Shown here in pieces: positions 16,935-48,452 of a stretch of 64,000 nucleotides of DNA. The first letter of the stretch is position 1; each line of letters begins with the position of its first letter. The notes under the pieces are model-generated. The model was given only the letters and a program-made list of their open reading frames with translations. It ran no database searches and was not told where the DNA came from. The stretch lies in contig CBDBZY010000051.1 of assembly GCA_965213685.1 (NCBI GenBank), positions 160,001 through 224,000 on the forward strand, given 5' to 3'. The position numbers were made by a program, and so were the translations under genes. Origin of the DNA: a bacterium (GTDB taxonomy: Bacteria > UBA8248).

Positions 16935-17855
16935 CTATTTGAGGAGGAACTCTCCTCTGAAGCCAGGGACTTTGTCAATGAAATCTGAGAACTCGGCCCT
17001 GAGCTGGGCATGCCTCTCCTCCCACTCCTCCTTCTCATCTGTCACTCTCTGTAGCTCCTCCTCCAGCCTCCTGCCAGCTGTCAGCTGAGAGTCATGCTCT
17101 TCTTGCAAGGCCCTGTGCTTTGCATCACTCTCTGCCCTCACCCTGCTCAGCCTGGCTTCAAACTCTGGGCTGAGGCTAGACCTTTGCTCCTCTAGTGCTC
17201 TCTCCTTTTCCTCCTCCATCTTTGTTTGTTGCGATGCCAGCGCCTGACTCAGCTCCTGCAAGGCTCGCTCTCTCGCTGCTCTCTTCTCTTCTTCAACAAT
17301 CTCTCGCACCCTCCGTGCCTCGTCTGCCGCACTCTCCCTCTCCTCTTCCCTCGCCGCCTGCACGGCTACCTCCCGAATTCCATCAGCCTCACTCCATGTC
17401 CTCTCCACCGTCTCCACGAGGTGCCTCCTCTTCTCTTCCGCCACTTCCTTCAGTTTATCCGCAAACTCCTTCCTCAGTCTCTCCTCCAAAATGGCGCTCT
17501 GTCTGGCGATGGCTCTCAACTGGCTCTGGTGCGCCTCCACAAACAACTGCTGCCTCTCCCTCGCCCACTCCTCCTTGGCAGCCTCCAGAGCGCGCTCCCT
17601 CTTCTCCTCCTCCTCCCTCCTCACCACCTCTTCCGTGCACCGGATGGCTCTCTGTTTGCTGTCTTCCGCTTCTGCCTCGCGCCGCTCCCTCAGCCCCTCC
17701 CCCACCCCTGCGGAGGAAGCAGGCATAGCGGCGTAAAAACTGTCCTCGGAACTCACCAACTAGCTCCAGTAGCTCGTTAGTGGCTTACTGAGGATGTTCT
17801 GGTGAGCAAGAATCTGCTTCTGGTCAGCCCAGAGCGGCTCCGCTTCGCTGGCCAT
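16935..17855 (-). CDS. Coiled-coil protein, C6orf163-like, 2 exons (intron 17708-17788)
   Basis: MASEAEPLWADQKQILAHQNIL spliced to RVGEGLRE..., an E/R-rich coiled coil, ending FSDFIDKVPGFRGEFLLK. The N- and C-terminal motifs resemble recalled C6orf163. Confidence 0.7.
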
Positions 17856-18078
17856 GCGTGCGGCTCTCAAGAAGTCGCGCTGTCCCCCAATGCCCCACCC
17901 GCACAGTGGACAAGCATGAAATTCATATACACCGCATTACCAACCCTAGCTCGGGCAGCGTAGCTGATATAAATATATATACTTCCATGGCCAGCATCAG
18001 CATATTTACAAAAACATAGCAGTGAAATGTCATGGCTATTATTAACTGAAGTCAACAGCGCCTGTGCAGCTCAGAGAA

Positions 18079-20564
<2,486 letters not shown>

Positions 20565-20812
20565 CTTTCCTCGCGATCCTGTGGCGGGAGGATCAGAGTG
20601 CGGGGCAGAGTACGGAGAATGAGCAGCCAAGACCCCGTGACCAATAATAAGGTCACAAAGGTCATTGTCAACTGTCACATGACACCACGTGATGTATTTG
20701 TGGAAAATGGCCGCTGTTTGAGAGTTATCGAACGTGGCGGCCCACGAGTTCTAACCTTCCTCGCAGGCTGTTATGTTCTACTACAGTCTAGCCACTGCTG
20801 GAAGACTTGACA

Positions 20813-28739
<7,927 letters not shown>

Positions 28740-29054
28740 CAGCGTTTTTATTCATTCTTCCTTCCTTTCTTCTCTCTCTGCCCCCCACCCTCCTCATGTG
28801 CCATGTCACACACCATCATTCACTCCCTCCACTGTACATCCTGTTCCCTGTTATCTGAGCGCCATCCTCCAGCAGTTGGGAGGTGTTATTGTACTGACAC
28901 TGACGTTTCCATTCTCCATGTGCCACAGTTCGTAGCTACCCGTCCACCCCAGTGTTCATCATAATTCTAATTCTAATGCAGTGGTTGTGATGAGCTCTAG
29001 GCATACAGCACGTACTGTATGGGCATGACATGGCATTAATTAGAAGTGGATGTT

Positions 29055-29377
29055 CTACGTCTTGTTCCTCCACTGTGCAGGAGTGAGGGTCTTCTGGCTG
29101 AATGCATGAATTAGTTTGAGCTCTTCCGCTAGGCATTCATTCACCATCCGATGGCGTTGGAGGAGAGGCTTGCCCTCAAAGTGGGAGGAGACAATTACCA
29201 CTTCAAACCTCTGACCACACCCACAGGAAGTGTCCGTCACCTCCTGCCAATGTGTACACATGATCTGATCACAGAGCGCAGTCAGCGCTGCGCCCAGCAC
29301 TTGGCTACACTTACAACATGTTCCGCTTCCAGTGCCTCTGTCAGTTTTGCCTGTAGTGCTTCCGTTGAGATTTCCAT
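29055..29377 (-). CDS. BOLA2: BolA-like protein 2, 2 exons
   Basis: [21 protein letters not shown] / [58 protein letters not shown]. Confidence 0.93.
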
Positions 29378-30395
29378 GATCTATCTGCTCGGAGCTAGCT
29401 CAGCCGGCTCCGCGCTGTATAACCTCTGTACGCTGTGCGCACGCACACGTGCAACATTCTCACGTGAACGAACTAGCGGTATTTATATAAATTATATCGT
29501 GCGATATGCCGAACTTCTGTCACTTGTCCGCTAGTATAGGGGTGCTTGGTGGATTAGAACATTGAAGGTAAGTATATATACATATATATTTAGTATTCAT
29601 CAATAGTCGTTACATAACGCATTTCGGGTGGTAAATATCTGCAGTTCTGCATAGTGTGGATGTGATCGTGCAAGTGCCTGTGAGTGGTTTCAGCCGCTCC
29701 ACCACCACGGATAGGAACTCTAGAGTCCGCGCTATGTTCTCATGTGCTAATATCTCACATCTAGTGCCTATACAATTCTGTGGAGCCTCAACGTTGTGGT
29801 GATCAGCATCACTGATAGAGCCCGCGCCGGGAGCTCAGGTATATAGTATTATACACGAAACGTTCCGTGTATGATTCTGGGGAGCAACAAATTGAGGTAG
29901 CCCAGCAGTGATGTGGGTGCGTAATGTGGTTAGCTTGCTATGGTGATGATTAGTGGGCCACTCCACTAGATGGTGAGAATATTTCCCCCTAAGCTCAGCT
30001 TATAAAGGGCGCTAATGAAGAAAGTAACTCTAGTGGTGTCCATTTAGCAAAGCCCTTTCTCTTCTTATCATGTACCCTAAGCTCACTTTGAGCTGGTGAG
30101 TGTGGATATCATCATCTGTATGGCTGTTCCCCAACTCTCCCTGTCCATGGAACACTTACCTAATGACTGCAATTTGTAGAATGGCAGGCAGTGCCCACAT
30201 CAACATACCATCCCCATAGTCTGCCAGGAACACATGGCCAATGCCCTTCTGGTTCAAATTTGCCCTATCCCATTCTGCATTGTGTTGATGGTATTGAGTG
30301 ACCATTTCCTGCATGTAGTGTGTACCATACATGGTGTATACAAATGTGTGTACTACAGTGTATTCATGTATATGGTGTTGGGAGTTGATATTATG

Positions 30396-30465
<70 letters not shown>

Positions 30466-30564
30466 GGAGGAGGGAGAATTTTAAAGATGCACATCTTCAG
30501 AATTTGTTACTATTTCAAACATGTCCCTGTGTTCTCATTCCAGCAGGGACAAGACTGTACAGGT

Positions 30565-30900
30565 ATGTCTGGAGCAGAGAGCACATCGGCTGCTGAGGAC
30601 TTCCTGTACAGCCCACAAGGAGTGGCTACTGTGGCAGTGGTGGTGGCAATTGTCACATCAGTAGTGTGGCTCTCAGGCTGCATCTGCTACTGCTGCTGGA
30701 GGTGCTGCAAGCGACAGAGGCAAGATGGAGGTGCAGAGACCAGCCAAGATATTTACTTCCTTGCAACAACTTCATCCGGCAATGGCACCCTCTCCAGTGG
30801 GTACAACACGGGAAACTTGTCCTATTCCCTTAACTCCTTGGCTAATGATCCTACCTATCTCCACACATCCCTGGACTCCATCCTGGATGGAGAGACTTGA
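30565..30900 (+). CDS. Small single-pass membrane protein (111 aa) with Cys-rich juxtamembrane segment and Tyr-rich tail
   Basis: MSGAESTSAAEDFLYSPQ, TM GVATVAVVVAIVTSVVWLSG, CICYCCWRCCKRQR, then a tail with four Tyr. An upstream acceptor (about 30546) and donor (about 29568) suggest a 5' non-coding exon. Confidence 0.6.
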   Translation: MSGAESTSAAEDFLYSPQGVATVAVVVAIVTSVVWLSGCICYCCWRCCKRQRQDGGAETSQDIYFLATTSSGNGTLSSGYNTGNLSYSLNSLANDPTYLHTSLDSILDGET

Positions 30901-31102
30901 AGTCTTCCAGCTGTAGAGGGTACACTACAGCAGTATACCCGTATCATTTTCTGCCTTCTTTCAGATTCTGGTGGCTAGTGCATCTCTCTATTTCCCTCTG
31001 TGTCTCATCATTCACACTACAATTATTATTGTTTAATACATGTACAGTTATACACCCAATTTTTCATAATTAGCATGTGACTGTACTGTGAATGTATTTG
31101 AC

Positions 31103-31122
31103 CAAGAGCGCATGCGCTCTTG
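31103..31122. promoter_or_regulatory. Perfect 20-bp palindrome with NRF1-type GCGCATGCGC core upstream of AOAH
   Basis: CAAGAGCGCATGCGCTCTTG, 90 bp before the AOAH ATG. Confidence 0.55.
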
Positions 31123-31212
31123 ATTTGTCATATCCTCCGGCACAAGGCTGAAGCCCTAGTGCGTGTTCAAGAACAGCTCCTCCCACGGCTGCCTCCGACT
31201 CGTACAGTACTC

Positions 31213-32943
31213 ATGTCTCCCTCGGTCCCCTCAGTCTCTCTCCTTTTCCTCCTCCTCTGCTCTTACCCAGGAGGCTCCGAAGCTCTGAGGTTGCCGCGCT
31301 TCCTCACGGACGGCGATAACGGCGGCGTTACGTGCGCAACGTGTACGGTGATAGTGGGACTAACGGAGCAGCTGACGGAGCTGTACAACATCTCCGTGGC
31401 CGACGCACTGGCCAAGTTTTGCAGGTTCCTGCCGTCAGGTTTCCAAGAGGCCTGCACGCTACTCGTTGAGCAGTTCGGACCAGTCATTATCGACCTTCTT
31501 GAGAGGAAGGAGACGCCTGACGTGGTGTGCCTCGCAATCGACATCTGCAAGAACGAGACGGGAGAGGTGTGCCATCTCTTCCCCCTACCGCCTCACTCCT
31601 CGCCGGCGGAGCTGGAGCAGAGGGTCACAGTCGCCAGGAAGAGAGCCAGCTCCCTGCTCAGAGGGCCCTTCCTCTTCCCAGACCTCTGCAACGTCACCGT
31701 CATCAAGCCCATCTGTGACATCATTGAGAGGTTTGGTAGCGACCACCTACCAGTGGACGACGTGGACGGAGACTACTTCTCTGACCTGCAGACTTTCCGA
31801 GGCACTTCTTGGAGGGGGAAGGACTGCAATGACCTGGACCCCGATGTTTACCCGGGGAGACACACAGAGGACGACGCTTTCTTTGATACCAACTGCAATG
31901 GTATCTATGGTACCGATCCCTCAACAGGGAAGACCTATGAGGAGATGTGGTGCAAGGGAACAGGCCAGAGGGGCACAGTCCTGCTGGGCGACAGCGCGGG
32001 GGCCCATTTCCACATCCCCCCGGCCTGGCTCAACAGCTCAGAGGTTGGTGTGGAGGCCTTCCAGGACCTGTTCTTCATTCTGGAGAACGAGTTTGACTGG
32101 CCGATGCTCTCCAGTGCCACTGGGTACAAGAACTCCACCTGGAAGGACATCTCTGGGCCGGTCGACTCAGGCTACCTCCGGCTGCGGGAGATCAACCGCT
32201 GCAATCACCGGGACTACCAGAACATTGCGGTGAACGGAGCAAGGTCCTCAGCCATGGCTGATACCATCGTCAAGAGCTTTGCCAGGAAGGGTATGAAGGA
32301 CAATCCTGTCTTCTTGACTTTTGCACTTGTGGGCAATGATGTTTGCAACGGTCACCATGGCACCGCTCACATGACCACTCCGGCAGAGTTCTACGCCAAC
32401 AACCTCAGGACGTTCCAGTACGTGGACTCCATTGTGGCCCCTGACTCGGTGCTCATTGCAATAGGGCTGGTGGATGGGCGGGTGCTGTATAACTCCATGC
32501 ACAACCGCACCCACCCCATCGGCTCCCTGCACAATGATGTCAACTATTCGCAGTTCTATGACTACTTGAACTGCCTGGACGTGTCCCCCTGCTTCGGCTG
32601 GCTGAACAGCAATGAGACGTGGCGTAACATCACCACTGAGCGGGCCATGGAACTCAACACAGCACTCAAGCAGCTCGTGGCAAATGTCACATTCAAGAAC
32701 TTCAAGGCTTACTATTTTGACCCTCCTGTGAAGAAGGCATTTGAGCGGTGGGCGGAGCAGGGAGGCAAGCCCTGGCAGCTGATAGAGCCAGTGGATGGTT
32801 TCCATCCCAACCAGGAGAGCAACTACCTCGACACCGTCATCACGTGGGAGCTGTTCCGCAACTACACTCCCGAGGTAATCCCTCCTGTTAACCCCTATAA
32901 TGACCTTATCGTCAAACAGTTTGGAGACCAAGGAGGATATTAG
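31213..32943 (+). CDS. AOAH: Acyloxyacyl hydrolase (LPS lipid A deacylase; saposin-B + GDSL lipase), intronless
   Basis: Signal peptide; saposin domain CATC...C...C...C...C; RGTSWRGKDCND; catalytic LGDSAGAHFHIP; NHRDYQNIAVNGARS; GNDVC; LIEPVDGFHPNQ; ends FGDQGGY. Confidence 0.96.
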   Translation: MSPSVPSVSLLFLLLCSYPGGSEALRLPRFLTDGDNGGVTCATCTVIVGLTEQLTELYNISVADALAKFCRFLPSGFQEACTLLVEQFGPVIIDLLERKETPDVVCLAIDICKNETGEVCHLFPLPPHSSPAELEQRVTVARKRASSLLRGPFLFPDLCNVTVIKPICDIIERFGSDHLPVDDVDGDYFSDLQTFRGTSWRGKDCNDLDPDVYPGRHTEDDAFFDTNCNGIYGTDPSTGKTYEEMWCKGTGQRGTVLLGDSAGAHFHIPPAWLNSSEVGVEAFQDLFFILENEFDWPMLSSATGYKNSTWKDISGPVDSGYLRLREINRCNHRDYQNIAVNGARSSAMADTIVKSFARKGMKDNPVFLTFALVGNDVCNGHHGTAHMTTPAEFYANNLRTFQYVDSIVAPDSVLIAIGLVDGRVLYNSMHNRTHPIGSLHNDVNYSQFYDYLNCLDVSPCFGWLNSNETWRNITTERAMELNTALKQLVANVTFKNFKAYYFDPPVKKAFERWAEQGGKPWQLIEPVDGFHPNQESNYLDTVITWELFRNYTPEVIPPVNPYNDLIVKQFGDQGGY

Positions 32944-33070
32944 AGTTGTAGATTGTGTTTGATGTAAAATAACAAACTTGCAGGTATATCTAATTATACA
33001 TCAGCACATAAGTGTTGGCTACAAGTATTGTAATATTATTATGCGAATAAATAGAATGCTGTAACAGACA

Positions 33071-36728
<3,658 letters not shown>

Positions 36729-37250
36729 TCGGAAGGGACCGTGAATATAAGACGCTGCCTACCTCTGGTCGCTGTGCAGGACCAGCCCCTCCCACTCGTG
36801 TTGACGCGGTAGCTCATGGCGCTGCGCCGCCCAAAAAAAGGAGCAGACTGAACGAACAACTGTACGAACTTCGGAACGCTTCTGCGCTGCCTGCGCACTT
36901 GGCGCTTCTCCGCGATCCGGGCGTGGCTGTCTGCGAGACGCCCTTTCTTGACCTGTCACCTGCAGGTCTCTGGTGGGCGGGGCACGTCTGAGGAATGCGG
37001 CTCTGCAGCATAAACAAGATAATGTTATTCATGGTTTCCCTCTACTCTAATGAAGGGCTTTATTTAGAAAGGTGTGTGGAAGCTCTCTCTCCCAGTTCTC
37101 TAGAACAGTCGGTAATATAAGCTTGTTTTTAGTACTGCAAGAGCCTCTGTCTTCTGCGGCTCCTACGGAGATTATAAGGCAAGCGGCGGCAGGTTTGCAG
37201 CTGCCTCTGCAAACACATTATTGTGTCCATACCTTGCCAGGTCCTCTCGT

Positions 37251-38778
37251 ATGGACGTACTTGGCTGCTCGGGAGAGGAGTGCCAGATGAGACAGAGAGT
37301 GAAGAGAAAGAGATTAGACCACTTCGAGGAGTAGGTCTAAAATTTAGCGAGTGTTGTGTGTAGAAATTGAATCCTCTCCCTCCCTCCCTCCCACCCCCCC
37401 AGCTGTATGCCCCCCAAGCGCCAACTGACAGAGGAGGCAATGGCTGCCGTCATGGGGCAACTGAATCTCAGTGCAGCTCCTCCCCTCAATATCACAGCTG
37501 TCTCTTCTTGCCCCTCCACGCTCTCAGAACTTAGCTCAGACCCTAATGAGGAGTCAGTTAGAGGGGCACCCTCATCAGTGGCTTCCAGCAGTACAGGGAA
37601 TGGCTATATTGCTCACACCAGGAGCAGCAAAGGACTCTCTCCCCCCAGAACAGGCAGGCCTCCAAAGCCAGCCACATCTCAAGTGGTGGATGGGTTGGAT
37701 CTCGCCTGTGAGATGAGACTGCCTCCTCACCTGACCAACGTACGCATCAGGTTAGTAGAGCCGGTTTAACAGGCTGAACAGCACTTGATCTAAACAGTAA
37801 TTGCAGGGTCACCCCAGCCACTCCCCCTTCCTCGGAGTCCAGTGTCTCTCCTGCTGAGGAGAGTGAGCCGATGGAACAGGCACCAGAGCCCTCCTCCCTC
37901 CACCGCCCCCGGGGGAAGGACTGGGACGTCATACTGGAGGACATCAGTTCAGACAGCAGCGATGGGCCAGACAGTTCCTCTGAAATGTGAGGGGATGACT
38001 CCCTCCCACCTCACCTTCCTACCTCCCCATCCCCCCACCTCCTCCCTCCTTCCCTCTCCACCTCCCCACCTCCCCCCTCCTTCCCCCATCTCCCTATCTC
38101 TTTCCCTTTCCACCTCCTTACTCCTTTTCCCTTTTCTCTTCCCTTTGTTCCTCTGAAGATCACAGCAGGTGTGGCTTGCTCCAGAACTCAAAACTCTAAC
38201 AGCTGCTCGTAAGAACCTCCTCCTTCCCTCCATACTGGATGAGATGTGAGCAACCACTGTACATGTAGTGCTGTATCTGTAGTGGCACTTCGTTTCCTCT
38301 CTCCCTCTCCCCCCTCCCTCTCCTCCCTCCCTCCCTCCCTCCCTCCCTCCCTCTCCATGCAGCAACAAGAAGGAAATGGCATTGATTCCGTGGGTGGAGC
38401 CTGAGAGGCGTTTCCATGACATTGTCACGAGGAGCCAGGTTAGCTCCAGCTTCACTGTACAGTGCTATGTAGAATGTCACTCAAGTCCTTGTATATTTAC
38501 AATATCGTACATACCTTGGTACAGATGACTTGTGTGGAAGAGTCTGCCAGTGACTCTGAAGAGTAAGTTCATTGTTGATGTGTGCTGAGTTGTGCACATG
38601 TGCCCCATCATGTGACCGATCACATGACCACATATCTGAATGTGCCCTGTCATGTGACTGGTCACATTACCAGGACATGTGCAGGTCATGTGTGAGTCAC
38701 ATGACAACCATTGACATGGAGTCCTTGCCTCCTCCCTCCATCATGCAGGTCACAGGAAGAGAAGCCCTGGGACTGTAG
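37251..38778 (+). CDS. HCFC1R1/CCDC117-like protein, multi-exon; start uncertain (possible upstream exon near 37031)
   Basis: KRKRLDHFED/CMPPKRQLTEEAMAAVMGQLNLS and C-terminal EMALIPWVEP resemble recalled family motifs; splice phases are consistent. Confidence 0.55.
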
Positions 38779-39136
38779 AATGCACACAGACTGACATGTT
38801 CACTTCAGCTCATTCTCCCACCAGCTCTCCCTCTCCCTCTCTCCCACCAGCTCTCCCTCTCCCTCTCCCTCCCTCTCCTACTTCCTGCTGCCTCCACCCG
38901 TGATTTAATTGCTGTTCATATCACACTCTTCCTTCATGGCTGAATCTCATTAGCTGTGCAAATCACTTTATCTCCTTCAATCAATTTATTTGGGTAACTT
39001 TAACTGTTACAGTGTACAGTACAAGTGGCAGTGGTGGTGTACTGCAGAGTGGAGTGAGGTGTATAGAAATGAGTCAGCTATCAAAGGGAATGTGTCAGTG
39101 TCAGTGTCTCTATTCCAGGCCATAGTACTTGAGGCT

Positions 39137-43367
<4,231 letters not shown>

Positions 43368-43496
43368 TTCACATCCGACCACGTGTGTAAACCTCTGGAG
43401 TCACATGATCCTATTAGCCACGCCCATCAGCAAGAAAAGTACGACCTGCACACTCTGTCTTCCCCTCTCTCGTTCTCTCTCACACGCAGTCCAGCC

Positions 43497-43904
43497 ATGT
43501 TGTCTCGAATGGTGAGAGAACACCAGGAGAGGCAGGCCATCCTCAGGGAGGAGCAGGACAGGAAGAGGAAGGCTGCCTTGCTCTCGGTGCAGAAGTGCAC
43601 CCACGCCATGGTGGACTCCCTCAACAGCGGGGTGGAGAAAGCCTACGAGAACCAGCGGAAGCTGGACCGCGAGGCCAAGGCACTGCAGGCCCACTCCACC
43701 CGCTACGTGAAGCAGACAACTCAGTGGCTGTCGCTTGTTGAGGGCTTCCACAAGAGCCTGAAGAGTCTGGGGGACCTGGAGCAGTGGGCCAGGACCATCG
43801 ATGCAGACATGAAAGTGGTTGTGGACACTCTGGAGTATGCCTACTGCGGCTCTGGGGAGGTGCACGTCTTCCATGAGAGAGGAACGCCCCCACCACCTGA
43901 ATAG
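43497..43904 (+). CDS. BLOC1S1: BLOC-1 subunit 1 (GCN5L1), intronless
   Basis: MLSRMVREHQERQ..., LNSGVEKAYENQRKLDREAK, QWLSLVEGF..LKSLGDLEQWARTI..DM...TLEYAY. Confidence 0.93.
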   Translation: MLSRMVREHQERQAILREEQDRKRKAALLSVQKCTHAMVDSLNSGVEKAYENQRKLDREAKALQAHSTRYVKQTTQWLSLVEGFHKSLKSLGDLEQWARTIDADMKVVVDTLEYAYCGSGEVHVFHERGTPPPPE

Positions 43905-44180
43905 CACCACTGCTGTTAATATGCACTGTGTGTGTGTGTGTGTGTGTGCACTGTCTGTGATGTACTTGCACAACACTGCAGCATGACAATCACCACTTGA
44001 CTGCCCCAAGTTGTGTGGCAAAGAAATGCAATACCAAAGAAAGAGGGCATCATGACAGACAATACTATGAGCTGGGGAGGGAGGGGGGAGGAGGTCATCA
44101 TGACATTACACTGTTAAGAGAACCGGGTTGCCGTGTGCAGACCAGAGTACAGTATCCTGTACAGCCCATCCAGTCTGGTG

Positions 44181-45374
44181 CTAGCTGCAGCTCTGCTCTG
44201 CTAGCAATGCCTGCTTCAGTCTGGAGCAGTCCTCCCTCAGTCTCTCATCGCCAGGCAGCAGCTCAGCGGCAGCCTCGTAGTCCTGTACTGCCAGGTCCAC
44301 CCTACCGGTCTGGGCATAGGCCGAGCCTCTTCGTGCAAACACTTTAGCTCGAGAGGCATGGTTGGAGGGCACGACGGGGAAGTAGAGCTCCAGAGCCCGG
44401 CAGCAGTCACTGACACACTTCTCCAGCTCACCCATGGCCAGGAAGCACGCTGCCCTGTTGGAGAACAGCTGGGGGAGGTTAGGGTTGAGGCAGATGCCTT
44501 CAGAGAAGGCATTCACTGCTGCGTCATAGTTCTTAGCCCGGAAGAACCCCACCCCCCTGTCCTTCAGGAACTCTGGGTTTCTCTCGTTGATATCTCCCTC
44601 TTCGTTCTTCTTCGGCTGAGTGATTCTCCGTGCAGCTGCCTGCTTGGCCAGCCACTCCTGTTCCTCTGCCTCCCGTGACTCTCTTGCGGCAGTCGGGAAT
44701 GCTCGGGGTGTGAAGTGTACGGGAATGTTTCCTCCCTCGCGGGGAGGAGGTTTTGCCTTTTTGGTCTTCTCTTTCCAAATAGCCGATGTGTCTCTGCCAT
44801 CATTCCTTGAACCATTCTCCCTGCCACCTCTTGCGGTGACAGTTGCCTGCTTCTTCTGCTGGGCCTTTGCTTTTTTCTCCTCCTTCCATCGCTGCAGCTC
44901 TCTCTCTGCCCGGTCCCTCTCGTCCTGCTTCTCCCTCTCGATCCTCTCCCTCTGCTCCTGCTCCAGCTTCATCTGCTGCCGAATGGCAAACTGCTCCTCC
45001 TCCCTCTTCTTCTTGGCCTTACGCTCTGCCTCCTCCTGTGCAGTTCTCTGGACCTTCTCCACAGCCTCAGACCTCCTCTCCCCCAACACCAGCTTGTCCT
45101 CAGACTCCTCGGAGGCCAGCCTGCCCCACACACCGGGCTCCTTCTTGACCAGTCGGAACTTTATAACGCCGTCACCTACTCTGGCCGCGCACTGCTCCTC
45201 CACCACCTCCGCGTGCAGGTGAACCTCGAAGAGGTATGGAGGGTAGTTCACTTTGATGTAGCGCTCTGTGGAGAGGATGTCCACCTTGCTCCGCTTTACT
45301 GCCTTCAGCGGCAGCACAATGTCCACCTCTGCCTCCGTCTCCCTCCACGTGTAGTCCTTCACTGCTATGGGCAT
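44181..45374 (-). CDS. DNAAF4: Dynein axonemal assembly factor 4 (DYX1C1): CS domain, coiled coil, TPRs; intronless
   Basis: MPIAVKDYTW..VLPLK..YIKVNYPPYLFEV; FTPRAFPTAARES; EWLAKQA; ERNPEFLKDRG; SNRAAC; RRGSA. Confidence 0.94.
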   Translation of the reverse strand: MPIAVKDYTWRETEAEVDIVLPLKAVKRSKVDILSTERYIKVNYPPYLFEVHLHAEVVEEQCAARVGDGVIKFRLVKKEPGVWGRLASEESEDKLVLGERRSEAVEKVQRTAQEEAERKAKKKREEEQFAIRQQMKLEQEQRERIEREKQDERDRAERELQRWKEEKKAKAQQKKQATVTARGGRENGSRNDGRDTSAIWKEKTKKAKPPPREGGNIPVHFTPRAFPTAARESREAEEQEWLAKQAAARRITQPKKNEEGDINERNPEFLKDRGVGFFRAKNYDAAVNAFSEGICLNPNLPQLFSNRAACFLAMGELEKCVSDCCRALELYFPVVPSNHASRAKVFARRGSAYAQTGRVDLAVQDYEAAAELLPGDERLREDCSRLKQALLAEQSCS

Positions 45375-45442
45375 TCTCTTCCCCCTTAAGCGAGTTAGAT
45401 GAGCATTATTTAGAAGTGGTGGGGTCGAAGGTCAGTTACAAC

Positions 45443-47917
<2,475 letters not shown>

Positions 47918-48452
47918 TGTGTGTGTGTGCTGTCTGTTTTGTGTCAATCAATTTTGTTCCATACACAGCCACTAAATTCAAATTCCTCAGATGATAATCA
48001 TTTCACTGCTCACTGGCCTCCCCCACCTCTTTCTCCTCACTACTGCCAGTGGCTGGCATGGCAGCTGCCCACAAGAGGGGCTCAGGGTGGAGGCAGCCAA
48101 GTGCCTTCGATATAAAGCATTGCCATATATGGTAAAAATACCTGTGACCACAAGGAATGTGAACCCTAAGTACCCTCAGCTCAGAATCCAAATGCAGTCT
48201 TTCCTCTGAGCAAGGCACACCAAACATGCTGGCATGTTGGACTACATGGACACACACAGCAACACCTGCACAGGTTTCAGCAGAACACAGCCATTTAGCC
48301 AAACAGTATGAGATATTACGTACAAAACTACATGTCCATACACCGTCATGCTGTATGATTCAATTGAAAACTAGAAAGACATCTAAAAAAGGTTTGATAC
48401 AAAAATAGCAGTCGAGTACACTGACTGGTTGGCGTGCAGTTCCCAAGGGCTC

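Noticed and set aside
16800-17967. C6orf163-like segment as a retrocopy or transposon inserted at a TA site
   Set aside because: It has a spliceosomal intron and no TIRs, poly-A tail or clear TSD; deletion from the other unit is simpler.
31213-32943. Bacterial horizontal transfer of the intronless hydrolase
   Set aside because: The saposin + GDSL architecture and motifs match eukaryotic AOAH.
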